Below, piece by piece: positions 41,101-53,600 of a DNA stretch of 64,000 bases. The number at the start of each line of letters is the position of its first letter. The first letter of the stretch is position 1. Location of the stretch: positions 124,001 to 188,000 of the forward strand of contig NIVC01000621.1 in assembly GCA_002269645.1 (NCBI GenBank), given 5' to 3'. Under the pieces are notes generated by a model. That model was given only the letters and a program-made list of their open reading frames with translations. It did not search any database and had not been told where the DNA came from. Source of the DNA: Macrostomum lignano. Taxonomy: Eukaryota. The position numbers and the translations under genes were made by a program.

Positions 41101-44100
41101 TTTTGATTTTATGGCCATCGGACTGATTTGCTCGTGATTCTATGGCCATCTGACTGATTTGCTTGTGATTCTATGGCCATCTGACTGATTTGCTCGTGAT
41201 TCTATGGCCATCTGACTGATTTGCTTGTGATTCTATGGACATCTGACTGATTTGCTTGAGATTCTATGGCCATCTGACTGATTTGCTTGTGATTATATGG
41301 CCATCTGACTGATTTGCTTGTGATTCTATGGCCATCTGACTGATTTGCTTGTGATTATATGGCCATCTGACTGATTTGCTTGTGATTCTATGGCCATCTG
41401 ACTGATTTGCTTGTGATTCTATGGCCATCTGACTGATTTGCTTGTGATTCTATGGACATTTGACTGATTTGCTTGTGATTCTATGGACATCTGACTGATT
41501 TGCTTGTGATTCTATGGCCATCTGACTGATTTGCTTGTGATTCTATGGCCATCTGACTGATTTGCTTGTGATTCTATGGCCATCTGACTGATTTGCTTGT
41601 GATTATATGGCAATCTGACTGATTTATTATTTGATCTCGGACTTATATGAGTATAATATATAATAAGTCCTCATACTTATCTGAGGACTTATCTTCATTT
41701 CAATGACCATTTAGAGGATTTCAATTTGTTTCAGAATTATTATTTGAACTCTTTATAATGGTATGAGCTTTTCTCTTGATCCAATAAAAGTTTGAGTGAT
41801 TTTTTTTATAATGACCATTTAGAATCTAGATAGTCTCGGATGATTTCATGACCACCTGATTTGTTCTCTCTGAAATTATTAAACAGATAAATTTCTATTC
41901 CAAAGGCTCTTGTGACTACCTCCTTTAAGGACATCGAAGCCTCTCTAGACGAAGGCGAAGATCTACTGTCAGCGGCTGCTGTAACGGCTGAGCAAATGAT
42001 GCAGCGAAACACCTGTCCATTTCGAGTTGGTCGTCAACATCTCCAGCTTGTCCAGTCCTGGTCCATGCTGGTCAGCTTGTTTGAGCGACTGAAGAAGGAA
42101 GTCTACGCAGTTGATAGCGGCCAGGACGGAAGGAGACGACGGGACGGCGAAGTAAGTGCCATTTTGGAGAGCCAAAGAGCCAAAGTGCCAACTTTGATTT
42201 TGGAGAGCAGAAGGCAGCGACTGAATATCTGGAAGGTTGGATTATCTAGATCTGAGTTACGGTACTCACTGAAGTTTTCAGCGGCTGCTGTCTTTACGAG
42301 CTACTGATGGTCTGGAGGTTTGGAGAGGGTAGCGGACTCACTAAAAGTCGGGAGAGGAAAACGGTACTGACATGTACTGTGTTATGTTACCCATTGAACG
42401 AGCGTAGGTGATGAAGCTGAAGTAAGCATTCGGCTTCTTATTAACTGGCTGGCAGAGCTACACCACGTGGAACTTTCCTTTCCCACAGAACCGCTATCGA
42501 CGAAACTGCGATCAGAGTCAGACCCGCGGAAGATGGCAAAGCGAGACCGAGTTGCGAGATGGATCGGAAAACAGAGACGATTGGAGCGAGAGCGACAGGG
42601 AAAGGCGTTATGGCGGGAAGCGACACCACAATGCGAGGAGAGATGTGGGTTATCAAAACTACTTTGTCGTTTTACTCAAACAGTCGTATTACTCAAGCAA
42701 ACAATGTAAAATAGTTGTAAACATTCTTTTAGAACAACTGCGAAAGTCGAAGTGCTTGGAGAGATCCAAGTCGTGAACTTTCCAACAGCCAAGATGATTT
42801 AAGACGCTGGGCGGAGACAGGCAATGAAGAGAGCAACAGGAATCGAAATGGCCGCGTCGATGGCGGTAGGCGTAACAATCGAAGAGAGCATCGTAGACGC
42901 CGCGGCTACTGTAAAGAGCAGGTGAGTCTGATCTTGTCGGCCAGAAAATTATTCAAAAACACTCAATGTAGTAGCTCGTATTAGTTCAGAAATCTAGTTT
43001 CCCATGAAACATAGACGGACGTCTTCTATGAAAAGCACATCCATTCTTCCATGAGAGACGCATTCAGGCTTCCATGAGACACATCAAATCTTCGAAGTAA
43101 CGATCTAAAATTCAATTTCTTAAGACTGCAATCCGACCATTATTAACAACTAGGCTGTTTTGTCCAAATTCGACACCGGATGTCCTCCCCAATCCCATAT
43201 GCAGCAGAAAGTACGGAATTTCAACTGCGGCCACTGGGAGCCGCTAGATTTTGAAACCTCATCTCGGCTAGTCAGCAACGAGTTCTGCTCCAAATGCTGG
43301 CCGCTCACCGCCCAGATGCAACGGAACGGCCTGTTTAGTCGGCCGAGAGACGACGACCAGGTCAAGCGCACAATGCTGTGGGAAACTGACTCTGAAAACT
43401 CTCTGGAATACATTCAGGTGCTGGACAGGGTGACCAGATACATCAAGTGGGAGCACAATATCAAAGTGAGAATTTTAACCATCGAGAAGATCGAAAACCC
43501 CGTGTTGGACAGGCGGGTCTATCACGTGTACGACCAGCTGATTAAGAAAAACAGCGAGCCACTCCTGCTCATCCACGGCACGACTGGAGACAAAGCCGAG
43601 AGGATCCTCCAGGAAGGCTTTCAGGTATCTAAATTTGGCACCTACTAATATAAGTGCAGGTCAGCTGCATATGCCTTGTGCAGGGTGGGCGATTCCGATG
43701 ACCATTCGGTTGTTTTCCCATCGAGGACTACAGGCCAACAACAATGTGCTCCTGGTGGTCCTTGTATTCCATTACAGTATGAGCAAGCACACAAGTCAGT
43801 CAAGCGCACGTAATTCTCTTAAACCAGGTTTTTAGCGTCCGTTAAAAATCAAGGGAAACTGATACAACGAATGGCGTATCGTTATCCGATTAAAACTGTA
43901 TGGTAAGAGCCACACCAGAAATTTTGCCGCGTAAGAGACCTTAGCTACCGTCATTGTATGAATGACGGGTAGTCATTGTGAAGTTCTTCGTCCATTATTT
44001 AACTCAGTTACATATTCGAATATTTGTATCCTAGTAAGGGGCTTATAGCCTAGTGGTTAGAGCGTCGGACTCACAGTCGGGGGTTCGATTCTCGACTCAC

Positions 44101-44756
44101 TCGGAACAATTCATATGCTTGAGCAAGACACTTAACTATGCCTTGCTTCAGTTCACCCAGCTGTGAAATGGGTGCCAGCATTAGCTGGGGTAATTGAGGG
44201 TGTGTGTGGCGACCCCCAGTCCTTGGACTGAACAGCCGTACGCAGCCTTCAGATGCGCCGTGCAATAGCTGTTGGTTTCACATCTTACCCAAATGGGTTG
44301 TGCGATAAATTATTATTATTATTTTATAGTTAAAAACCTACCAATGCATGTACAGTATGCTAAATGCTATAACCTCCGATAATTTGAATCTATTTTTAAA
44401 TGAAAATCTCTAAACCGCTGTACACTATTAAGGTTGGCACCAGAGGCATGTACGGAGCAGGGATCTACTTTGCAACCGACACTACTAAAAGTGCACAGTA
44501 CGCTAGAGACAGCGGCGTCAAGACCCTCCTGCTGTGCAACGTTGTGCTCGGCAAGTACATGGAGTGCAACTCACCCAGGAACGATCTGAACTTGCAGAAT
44601 GTTGTGGCCGCCGGTTTCGACTCGGTGTTCGCCAAACGGAACTCGAGGGGAACCGGAGGCGTGTTAAACGACGAGTATATTGTGTACCGACCTGAGCAAG
44701 CGTCACCCAGGTACCTGGTGAAGTTTGAAGCCAGATCTGCGCTGTTTTTGGGTTAA
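38116..44756 (+). CDS. Terminal module 2: duplicated helical exon pair (38116-38262/38700-38921; 40898-41044/41930-42151), two R/D/G-rich exons (42456-42644, 42733-42921), PARP exons (43154-43624, 44433-44756)
   Basis: All junctions are phase 0 and the chain is open to TAA at 44756; HGT, GIYFA and NDEY motifs are intact. Confidence 0.82.
41105..41625. repeat. 31-bp intronic minisatellite TCTATGGCCATCTGACTGATTTGCTTGTGAT, ~16-17 units
   Basis: Near-identical units; shorter related arrays at ~24640-24840, ~35740-35900 and ~38320-38395. Confidence 0.95.
44037..44325 (+). mobile_element. tRNA-derived CORE-type SINE in the PARP intron
   Basis: A-box TAGCCTAGTGG, B-box GGTTCGATTC; TTGAGCAAGACACTTAAC...TTCAGTT...CTGTGAAATGGG resembles the MIR CORE domain; (TTA)n tail. 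Confidence 0.8.
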
Positions 44757-44835
44757 CTCAAGTTAATACATGCATATACATATGGAGTAATTTTATGTAA
44801 TGAATGTAGTGAATAAAGAGTAATAAATGTTATCT

Positions 44836-45120
44836 AGGGGGTTGTAGTGTGGTGCGGTTGTAGCGTCGTACTCACGACTGAATTGAAATTTTTTTGAGGG
44901 TTCGTGCCTTTGAGCAGGACACTTAACTCTGCATTGATTCGGTTCATCCAGCTGTAAAATGGGTGCGAGCATTGGCTCAAAAATTGAGGGTGTGTGTGGC
45001 GACCCCCCCCCCCCAGGTTTTCGATTGAACAGCCGCACGCAAATTTTAGATGCGCCGCGCAATAGCTGCGCTGAGGTGTCAGTTGTACACCTGGCAGGTG
45101 TAATCAATTGTTATTACTAT
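44836..45120 (+). mobile_element. Second, more diverged CORE-type SINE
   Basis: Aligns to 44037-44325 (TTGAGCAGGACACTTAAC...CTGTAAAATGGG...GAGGGTGTGTGTGGCGACCCC). Confidence 0.75.
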
Positions 45121-46013
45121 TGTATGTATGCATAATATATATACACTATATTTACGAGCTATGTATGCATATTATCTCAACCTAATATATGGAATTAACT
45201 CAGCATCCTTGAAAACCGCCACCCTACGACCTTGAGCGAGAATTGGATAACTTCGTGTCATTTGCAGTGTCGTGAGCTGAAGTTAAACGCTCTGAAAATG
45301 CTCCAGGGTGGCGATTTTCAGTGTTGCTGTGAGCATATTTGTAGCCATTGAATTTAATAGTTCGCTAGGTTATTAATAAAAAATGACTTTGAAGGAATCA
45401 CATAGCGAATTAAAGATCTGTTGTTTTTTTATTACATTGTACGTACACAAATGTCAGTGCTCACAGTTACATGCAGCTTTGCTAACTAGGTATAATGGCA
45501 TTATAGGAGCAAGATTCAGTTATAGTTATATATATAATACCCCGGTATATGAACTCGTATGAAATTTACGGTTTGTGCATGTACATGTGCATGCTATATA
45601 TGATGGCTTACTTTTTACTTTTTGACATGTTTATCCAGTGATAGCTGTGACTCCTAAAACATCAAATATACGGCGTATATATTTGCCTGGTTGGCTTAAC
45701 CATAATGCTGATAGTAATTTCTTTTGATGGCAACTTTGACTGAATATTGCATAAAACTATCACTAATGTTTAAGTTTAAGTTATTAGTATTATTGTGGCA
45801 ATACATGTAAGGATTAAAGCTATGTAGATGTATTATATAACTATAAAATTCATCGTACAAACTAGTCTAACAAAAAAGGACTATCATCTATGAGGCAAGT
45901 AATGAATTGTCTAACTTGTTGTCAATTTGAACGCAGAGTTAACAAAATACTAAAAATATTTGTTCAAAGATTACCAAACCTGAACGCAATCAGCAAACAT
46001 TAATTACACGTAA

Positions 46014-46237
46014 CAGGGGCGAATTTGGGGGGGGGCCTTAAAATCTAAAATAGCTTGACCGAACATATTGCGCCTCCCAAAAACCTATATTTGCGCCCCC
46101 TACACTTGATTTTTCGCCCCCACCCCTACACGCATTTTTTGCGCCCCCGGCTTAAAAATTGGCACCCCTTACACTCGTGTTGGCGCCCCAAACTTGGACC
46201 GCCCCCCCCCCCAAATGAAACTCTAGATCCGCCACTG
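46014..46237. mobile_element. Small hAT-like MITE
   Basis: Imperfect TIRs CAGGGGCGAATT / AGATCCGCCACTG; CACGTAA duplicated on both flanks. Confidence 0.75.
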
Positions 46238-46789
46238 CACGTAACTAATGCAACTAATACAAGGAAAAGCAAGTTTGCATTTTGCCGTTCATTTGGTGTT
46301 ATTATTCGGACTCGTAAACACAGATAAAATCAGAATCCGATAAATCAGGTGCTATACTTAAATATAGACGTGTACTTTCATACTTGTTGCATATGAACTA
46401 ACAAAAATCGTCTTTTCTATCTCCTCTATTTATTAATAACTTTTGCGTGTGATGGGCGTTTTACTCTTTGTGCTTCTGTATGTAGCTATTTAGGACCCTT
46501 TCGCGAATAGTTAGCTAAACGATTAATGAGGGCCTCGCGTGATAACTTTGAGTACGAAGAGATTTCAGTTTTTTATTTATAATATAGCCTCGCTCTTGCC
46601 TGGGTCAATCAATCTTCCGACGGCTCAAACTTTACTGTTTGCCTGCATAGCTAATTTAGCTTCGGATAAGTGTTAGTCAATTTAAGTTTCGCCTTTGTTA
46701 TTTGTCCTACTAGCAATTGGACAATAGATAGAAAATATTTCGACAATTTAACTTACGGATTTAAATAAAGTTGATTTTTTAACTTTTTA

Positions 46790-47043
46790 TGTTGGGTAAC
46801 ACAATGCATGGCGATGAAATCTGCTAACAAGAGCCTCAGTTTGAGCAGAATCGAGTCGGCCGGGTCGACTCGGTTTACGGAGTTCAGGGTACCAAAGGAT
46901 GCGTCTTTAACGAGTACGTCGCGTTCCGATCCGATCAGGTCGTACCAAATTACCTCGTTAGGTTTAGAGAGGTGAGCAGAGGTGACCGGAGCAGAAATTT
47001 TGTCGGTGCAAAAATCCATGCAATCGAATGTGGTCGAGCTTAG
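46790..47043 (+). pseudogene. Degenerate C-terminal PARP fragment (sixth copy), not shown on the ORF track in this frame
   Basis: MAMKSANKSLSLSRIESAG, a 1-bp deletion, then DSVYGVQGTKGCVFNEYVAFRSDQVVPNYLVRF; aligns with AAGFDSVFAKR...VLNDEYIVYRPEQASPRYLVKF. Confidence 0.75.
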
Positions 47044-50000
47044 AATTGTTGGCATTTGTTGATCTCTTGATGACATTGATCTCGAGATTAAAGTTTGCAT
47101 TAAAAGAGCTTAAGGCACCAATCAATTACGTCTTGAACATGTTCAAAACATGTCTATTTCCATGAATAGTACTCATATTAAGTCTAAAAACAACCATGCC
47201 TACAAAGCATGCATTCGAACATTAAAACATTCGGAGATAGTTGAGCTATGGGTCTGATTCAAAGGCTAACCAACTGCGGATAATGTGGTAATGTGATAGG
47301 GATGCTGGGGTCAAAAAGCTGCTGTTGGAAATCCCGGCTTTGTAACTCGCAAGGCGATGGCTGCAGGTTCTCAAACATTTCAACTGCATGGCCCTTTACT
47401 TGTTTGTCACCAACGACCGTATGTAGCTGCCGTACACTGATATGGTAGTTACACTCACTCTGCACAATTGTGCCTCAAATAGTGCCGCAAATAACGGGGT
47501 GGCCACCAATAATACGTTCAATTTTGAGAGCCATTTGGGGCTGATAGGGTGGCTCGTACAAGAACGGTGCCAGCTTGTGTGGGCAACCAATTACGCCAAA
47601 GTTCGCCGGTGAAAACTATGCGCCCAAATATAACAAGCTGTTTGAGAGAGCCTTGGATAAATGAATCACGTTTTGGATATTGAATTTTTATATTCGGATA
47701 ATCGTGCGGTCACTGCTTATTTACCTGGAATCTATAATGCCCGACTAAACTGGGTATACACACAAGTAATATGCTCCATGAAAGAGTGTTTGACACAACA
47801 GATAAAGTTTTAAGCCGCCCTACCTGCTGGGATTAACAGTAGGAATACCAACCTGTTTTTCCGCACGTCGAACTACCAAGGGGGATTTTGTACGAGTATG
47901 TCGGAGTTGCTTCGTTTCAGCGCAGCTAAAAAATTTCAGGGGAAATTCCCTCTCCTTGAATTGTTGTTAAGAAAAAAAGACAAACTAATCTAATTACTAA
48001 TATAAAACTAGTGGGGTGCAGGGCCCAAACCAGTACTCGTATTTATATCAGACATTAACTTAGGGGGGGGGGCGGGTTAAATCCAGAATAGTAAAAACAG
48101 GGTTGAAGTTCGCGACTAGAGAGAGGCAAGAATGAAAATCCAACAGAGACAAGTGAGGGTTACCTAAAGAAATGACTAAGTCGCGACAATCGTTTTATAT
48201 CTCGACGATCCAGAGGCCTGGATACTTGGTCTTATTTGAGAAGATTCGCAACAAAAAGCTAGCCTGTGGTCCTAAATTGCAGTGTGCCTGAATTGCTTCG
48301 ACTCGGCGCAGCAAAAAAAGTGACAGGGGGACTTCCCCTTGCTGGTTCTACTGTTAATGTTTTGGTGTTTGGCTACTTTGACAACTCTGTGCAGATCACT
48401 AGAAGCTGCAGGCAGCCCATTCTAGCCTACGTACTTGTATGAGCACCTTGAAAATTTGGAATGTCTAAAAGCTTTTGGTAAAGGTGCGCTTTTGACTTCT
48501 TGACAGAATTTCCTGCATCTGGTTGCCCTGTGGCATATGTAATTAATTTTGACCTGGCAGGACAACCTGCCAGGCACCCACTGCGGATCGTACCATGACC
48601 TTTGAGCCCGCTGGGCCCTTATTCTTGCTTTTTAATACTATAGACTACATTTAAGCCCGCTTGCAGGAAAGAAATATCGAAAAAATTGTCTATGTCAAAC
48701 TTACTTTACTTCAAATTAGCGGGCAGTTAATGACATATATTCTATGGGTTTTTCGGTCGATATTTCGCTCGCCCGATTATTCTATACTTAACGCACGATT
48801 ATTCTGTCCCACTTTGTCAAGGACACAAATGTCTATGGTATAATAATAGTAATACCCATGCTTTGCGGGCGTTAATAAGAAATCTGATTTTCACATATAT
48901 TAACGCCCTTAAAGTATGGGTATTAATGTACTATTGATTCGCCTGCACGATGGTAAGAGTGTGTGACATTTTTGACCCCTGTGCATTGACGTGTGCTAGA
49001 ATTGCTCTTGGCTTAGTTTTCGAAGCATGTAAAGTCACATGTTGCTTTGAATCGACGCACCCTCTATGTGTAGCGTTGTTATTGTAAAGCACTTTTTACA
49101 GAGGCGGAAGCCATCCATTAAAACGATTAGTTTGAAAACGATTTGATAGTTTAAAAACGTGCTCTACGAGCGTACAAATAAAATAGTTTTAACACATGGT
49201 TTGCTTACGCGAACTCGCCCCAAAAATGCGCCAAAAATTGACCCCGACGCCCGAAATACTTCGGCCACCCTTGCTGGTGTTAGTCAAAGTGGTAAAAGTT
49301 CGGTACTGTTGTGCCCGGGTGCACTTGCACCGATGAGCAATCTCTGGCTCTCGGTCAAGTGTGCCCGGCACTGCACTCCCACCCCCCCCCCCCCTGGCCG
49401 CGTGCCTGCCCCAACCCCCCTTTTCTGTTTGCGTCAGCCCCCCCCCATTTCTGACTGCGCTAAACCCCCCCAGTTGTGTATCAGCCCTTATTCTCTGCCC
49501 CCTTTTCTTATTATGCGTACCCAGCCGGATTGGCTGGCCTGGCCCCTCTCTCCCCCTTTTTGTTAGCACTTGTCAATTCCTTTGGTGATTTGGTGATTCC
49601 TTTGTTGCTTTGGTGATTGGCCAACAAGTTGGTTGTTGATAATGCTGTCTGGCGTGAGACCCTAGGGCTTATGCCAGGCAGCCTAAATAAATAGAGAATT
49701 GCTGGCGGTGGGCAGGGTGAGCGAGTGCCCGTTGACACCTGACACTAGACTCTACAGAATCAATAAACTTCAATATCGGAGTCTCAATACTACTAATTGA
49801 CAAACTCGCTGCCTTGCTCACCGCCGTGCCGATTGGAAGTCAAAGTAAGACTCGCGTCTGTGTTCATTAATCATTTGGGTCTCGAGCAAAGTGGGTACCG
49901 TACGCTCTAGGGACGGACTGACTGCCTTACCTCGACGCGATCCCACGCTCAGTAGCGGAGTCAGTCCGGTCAGTGGGCTGACGCCATCTCCAGGCTCGTT

Positions 50001-50519
50001 CGCTGCAGAACAATCTTAGGGAGCTGTTCGATCACGTGTAGTGACACAACAGTACATTTGCTGCGGTGCTTAAGGCCTGGGGCATGTCCGGACGCAACAC
50101 CGCTGCCGCTGTGCTAGAGGCCGTCATCAGCTGCACTGAGGTGATAGAGAAAATAGAAGGATAGAGAAGAGCGAAGAGAGAAGAGAAGAGAGAAGAGAGC
50201 TGAGAAGATATATGAACCTTGAGTGGGCCGAATAGCTGTGTGAGTTTTCGAAGGACTCAAAGGCCGGATAGAGAGGCTTCGCGGGCCGCCTGTGGCCTGC
50301 ATGCAGGAGTTCGCCAACCCCTGACCGGTACAATATGGAATGTACATCTATGCAATTTTGGTTTAATTTTAACGGGATTGCAGGCTTTTAGTATTTTCTA
50401 TCTCGACGATTCGCTGCTATTGTCTCAACTCGGCCCAGCAGCAAAAGCGCACTATACTGTTGGCACTCCAGTGTACATTCTGTCTATCCATCTATTCATG
50501 TCTGCTGGTGCCCTTTACC

Positions 50520-50527
50520 TATAAATA
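50520..50527 (+). promoter_or_regulatory. Candidate TATA box for the spectrin-PARP gene
   Basis: TATAAATA about 110 bp upstream of the ATG at 50633; motif only, in AT-rich DNA. Confidence 0.3.
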
Positions 50528-50632
50528 GCTATGATGCACCCATAAAAGAGAGCCGTTGCTACAGCTGAGCAGTTTTTGGGCTTTTAAATATCCTTGATAA
50601 CTTTTCTCGGTAGCTGCCCAATTTCAGACGGA

Positions 50633-53600
50633 ATGGGCAATCAGGCGAGCCGGAGATCGACTGCCAAACTTGCCAGGAACAGAGCGAGCGTGGCTGAGTC
50701 AGTGAACCTTACCAGCAGTCACTTCGACTACACTGTTCCTGAGAATTTGCAGCAAAGCACTGCTCATTCGGCAGTTTTTAATCAATTCTGTCGAACGGCC
50801 AAAGAGCATAGGAAAACGTCTGCAAACTATTGTGGAGAAATTAATTTTGAATTACTGAGGTTACCGACCGAACAGACTCTGCCATTGAAAGAGAGGAAAG
50901 ATATTGGTTTGGTAAGAATTTCATTTGCACCACTCGTTAGCTCGTAATTGAGTGAGCCTGTCTGCAAAATGAATTATACAGTAACGAGGTTTATGAGATG
51001 CTTCGAGTAGCAAATTGAACAAGTTTACGTAATACGCTTTGTACGAGTTTGGTTCACTAAGTTTGCTTGATCAGCAAAAGGTAACATAGATTTTATGACT
51101 CCACACCGTAAAATGGGAGTGAGTGTTAGTGCAATCTAGTGTAATAAATTATTCTGATTTATACAGTATTTGTCCACGATACTCACCACTGAATCAATAG
51201 TGACAAATTTCGTTGCTGAGATGAGCAAAGGGGTCGTAGGCAGTGGAGATTCCAGGATTAAAGGCCTATTTCTAAAAATGCTAATAATGCTCAAAACAAA
51301 GTTTCTGTTATCTGCACAGCTGCCTCATCTCATTGGTAAGCTAGAGGTTTTGCGCATAATTTTCAGGAACTGGAGCAGCTTTTAAAATCCGAGCAATGCA
51401 GTCTGGCAGACGCCCAAGTGGCGTTTGAGAAGCTGCGGTCAGCCAAGAACTGTCCAGGCAAAGTGCATCGCCAGTTCAAGAAGCTTCAGCAGGCTTCAGA
51501 CGAGTACGTTGAGCAGCTGCAGCAAGCTCTGAACAGAAGGGAGATCTCTGAAGCAATGGACAAGTGGGCTCATTGCCACAGAGAATTCAGCCGGATGCAA
51601 TCCAAAGTATCTGCTACAGAGAACAGCTTGAGGACGCTGCAAAGCTCACAAAAGACTTCACTCATTGACAGAAAAAGCCAACTTACTGAACTTGAGGCAA
51701 GTTACAAAAATCAGTTACTATTTTGGATGCATTGTGCGGATAACTGCTGTCATTTACTTAAAATAAGGGAAAACACTAAAATTAGTTTAAAAAGTAACCA
51801 TACGAGCTCATACATGCGTATGATCGTGCTGGTAGTAACAAGAAAAACAATACTACGTGAAAATCACCGTAACTTTCGAACTATAGAGGCTGCTTGGGTC
51901 GATTAATGCTTTGGAATCGAAGTTCAACGAATGGCAGAAGCTGAAAGAAGAGTTTTCAGCTTCTTTCAATGACGAAAACTTGACTTCCCGGTACAAGAGT
52001 CTGCAGGATACTGCAAAGGTGATTTTTATGTATAAAAATCAAGTGCGCATTTTTACATGCAATTGTTTCGTGTCTTTCTGCAATTGCTATATCTATGCAT
52101 ATAATAAATAATAACTACAGCTTGCCGTGAGAAAAATGGAGAGCTCTGTATGTCTGCATATCGCATTCAACTCCCACGTCTCTGAGTTCCGGTCGTGGCT
52201 CGACCAGCAGGTACTTCGAATAGGAGCCGTACTGAAAAAATCCGACAATGAAGTATGCTTACAGCCATTGGCCGATGATCTTGAAATTAAAGTAGCAGAA
52301 GAGAAGCTGAAGCAACTCACGGATATCGAAAAATGTTTTGATGGAAAGGAAACCGATTGGCTCATAAAAACACGTTTCTATGGAAGAGCTCTCATTGAGA
52401 GCTGCAGGGAAAGTGCGTATCTTCAGCGGGATACGGAAATTCGAATCTCAGAAATGGAGTCGCGATCCAAAAAAGTGAAGGTAACGAGGAATCATAATTT
52501 TTTTGCCTATGAGACTGATAAGTAATACTTGTGATACACTACAATAAATGTATCCTGTAACACTCCAATTATATAGTGCGGACTACAAGAAGACATTTGG
52601 ACCAGCAGTTGTGCTGCAGCGATGGCAATACTTGAATCAGTTCGGACTTGGATTGAAAGCAAAAGTTTTGAACTAGCTCAGCGAACTTCCTTCGAGAAAA
52701 AGGAGCTAGCCATGGCAAGTCTATTCGTTTATAATGAACTCAGATTAATACTTTATAGTGACCTCAGGATGCCAACTGTTCCTTCAAGATAAAACAATGG
52801 AGCTGAGCGTAGCCCCGTGGTCAGTGCGGCGCTGTGATGTGCAAGCGGCACAGGCTCGATTCCAAGTGCAGTCACATTGATTTGGGGCTAAATTGGAATC
52901 TCGGCTTGGCTCTGCTCGTGCAATTAACGCTATCGAGGGCCAACCCCCAAGGCACAGTGAAGTGTACATGCCGAACGATAAATAAAGTTTGGGCCACAGT
53001 GTAAAGTTAGAGCCGCTGTACACTCCTGTGTGAAGGTGTGCCTGCGCGTATGACAGTACGTACATGTATCCTTGCGCTTGTGTGCCTGCTCAGGGGAGTT
53101 AGGTGGAATGGGCAGTAATGCCTCTCGTTTTTAAGAATCGTCTACTTATAGTGCGTATCAAACATCCTGAGGTTATTGATACGCTCGTACTAAGCATTCT
53201 GATCCTCCTCCTACTAGCTAGCTAGTTTAATTTTGTTGTGTGAAAATGTCGCTTAAAGTTCGCCAGTGTGCACTCAACTAAAAAACAATAGGGTAAAGAC
53301 TAACCTAGTGGCATGTATTAGAGTTTTAGTGTCATCGAAAGTATCGTAAATCGGTCCTAGTCTTAATTGACCCTGGCATTTATATAAATTTTTACTAGTA
53401 CGCTCGTATTAAAGCACTGCATCATAAATTGCTGATTCTGCATAATTTCAGAAAATAAAGTCAGCAAGAGAAACTATCCAAGTCAGAGTAGATGAAGTGC
53501 GGAATCTCCGTAAGAGCCAGCAGGATGCTGGGCTAATTTTCGATGAGGATAAACTGGCGCAACTTCAGCTAGCGTGGGTTCGAACTGACAAGCTTTTGAT

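Noticed and set aside
49600-50130. Possible LTR/gag remnant
   Set aside because: GC-richer and coding-like in one frame, but no paired LTR, primer-binding site or recognisable motif.
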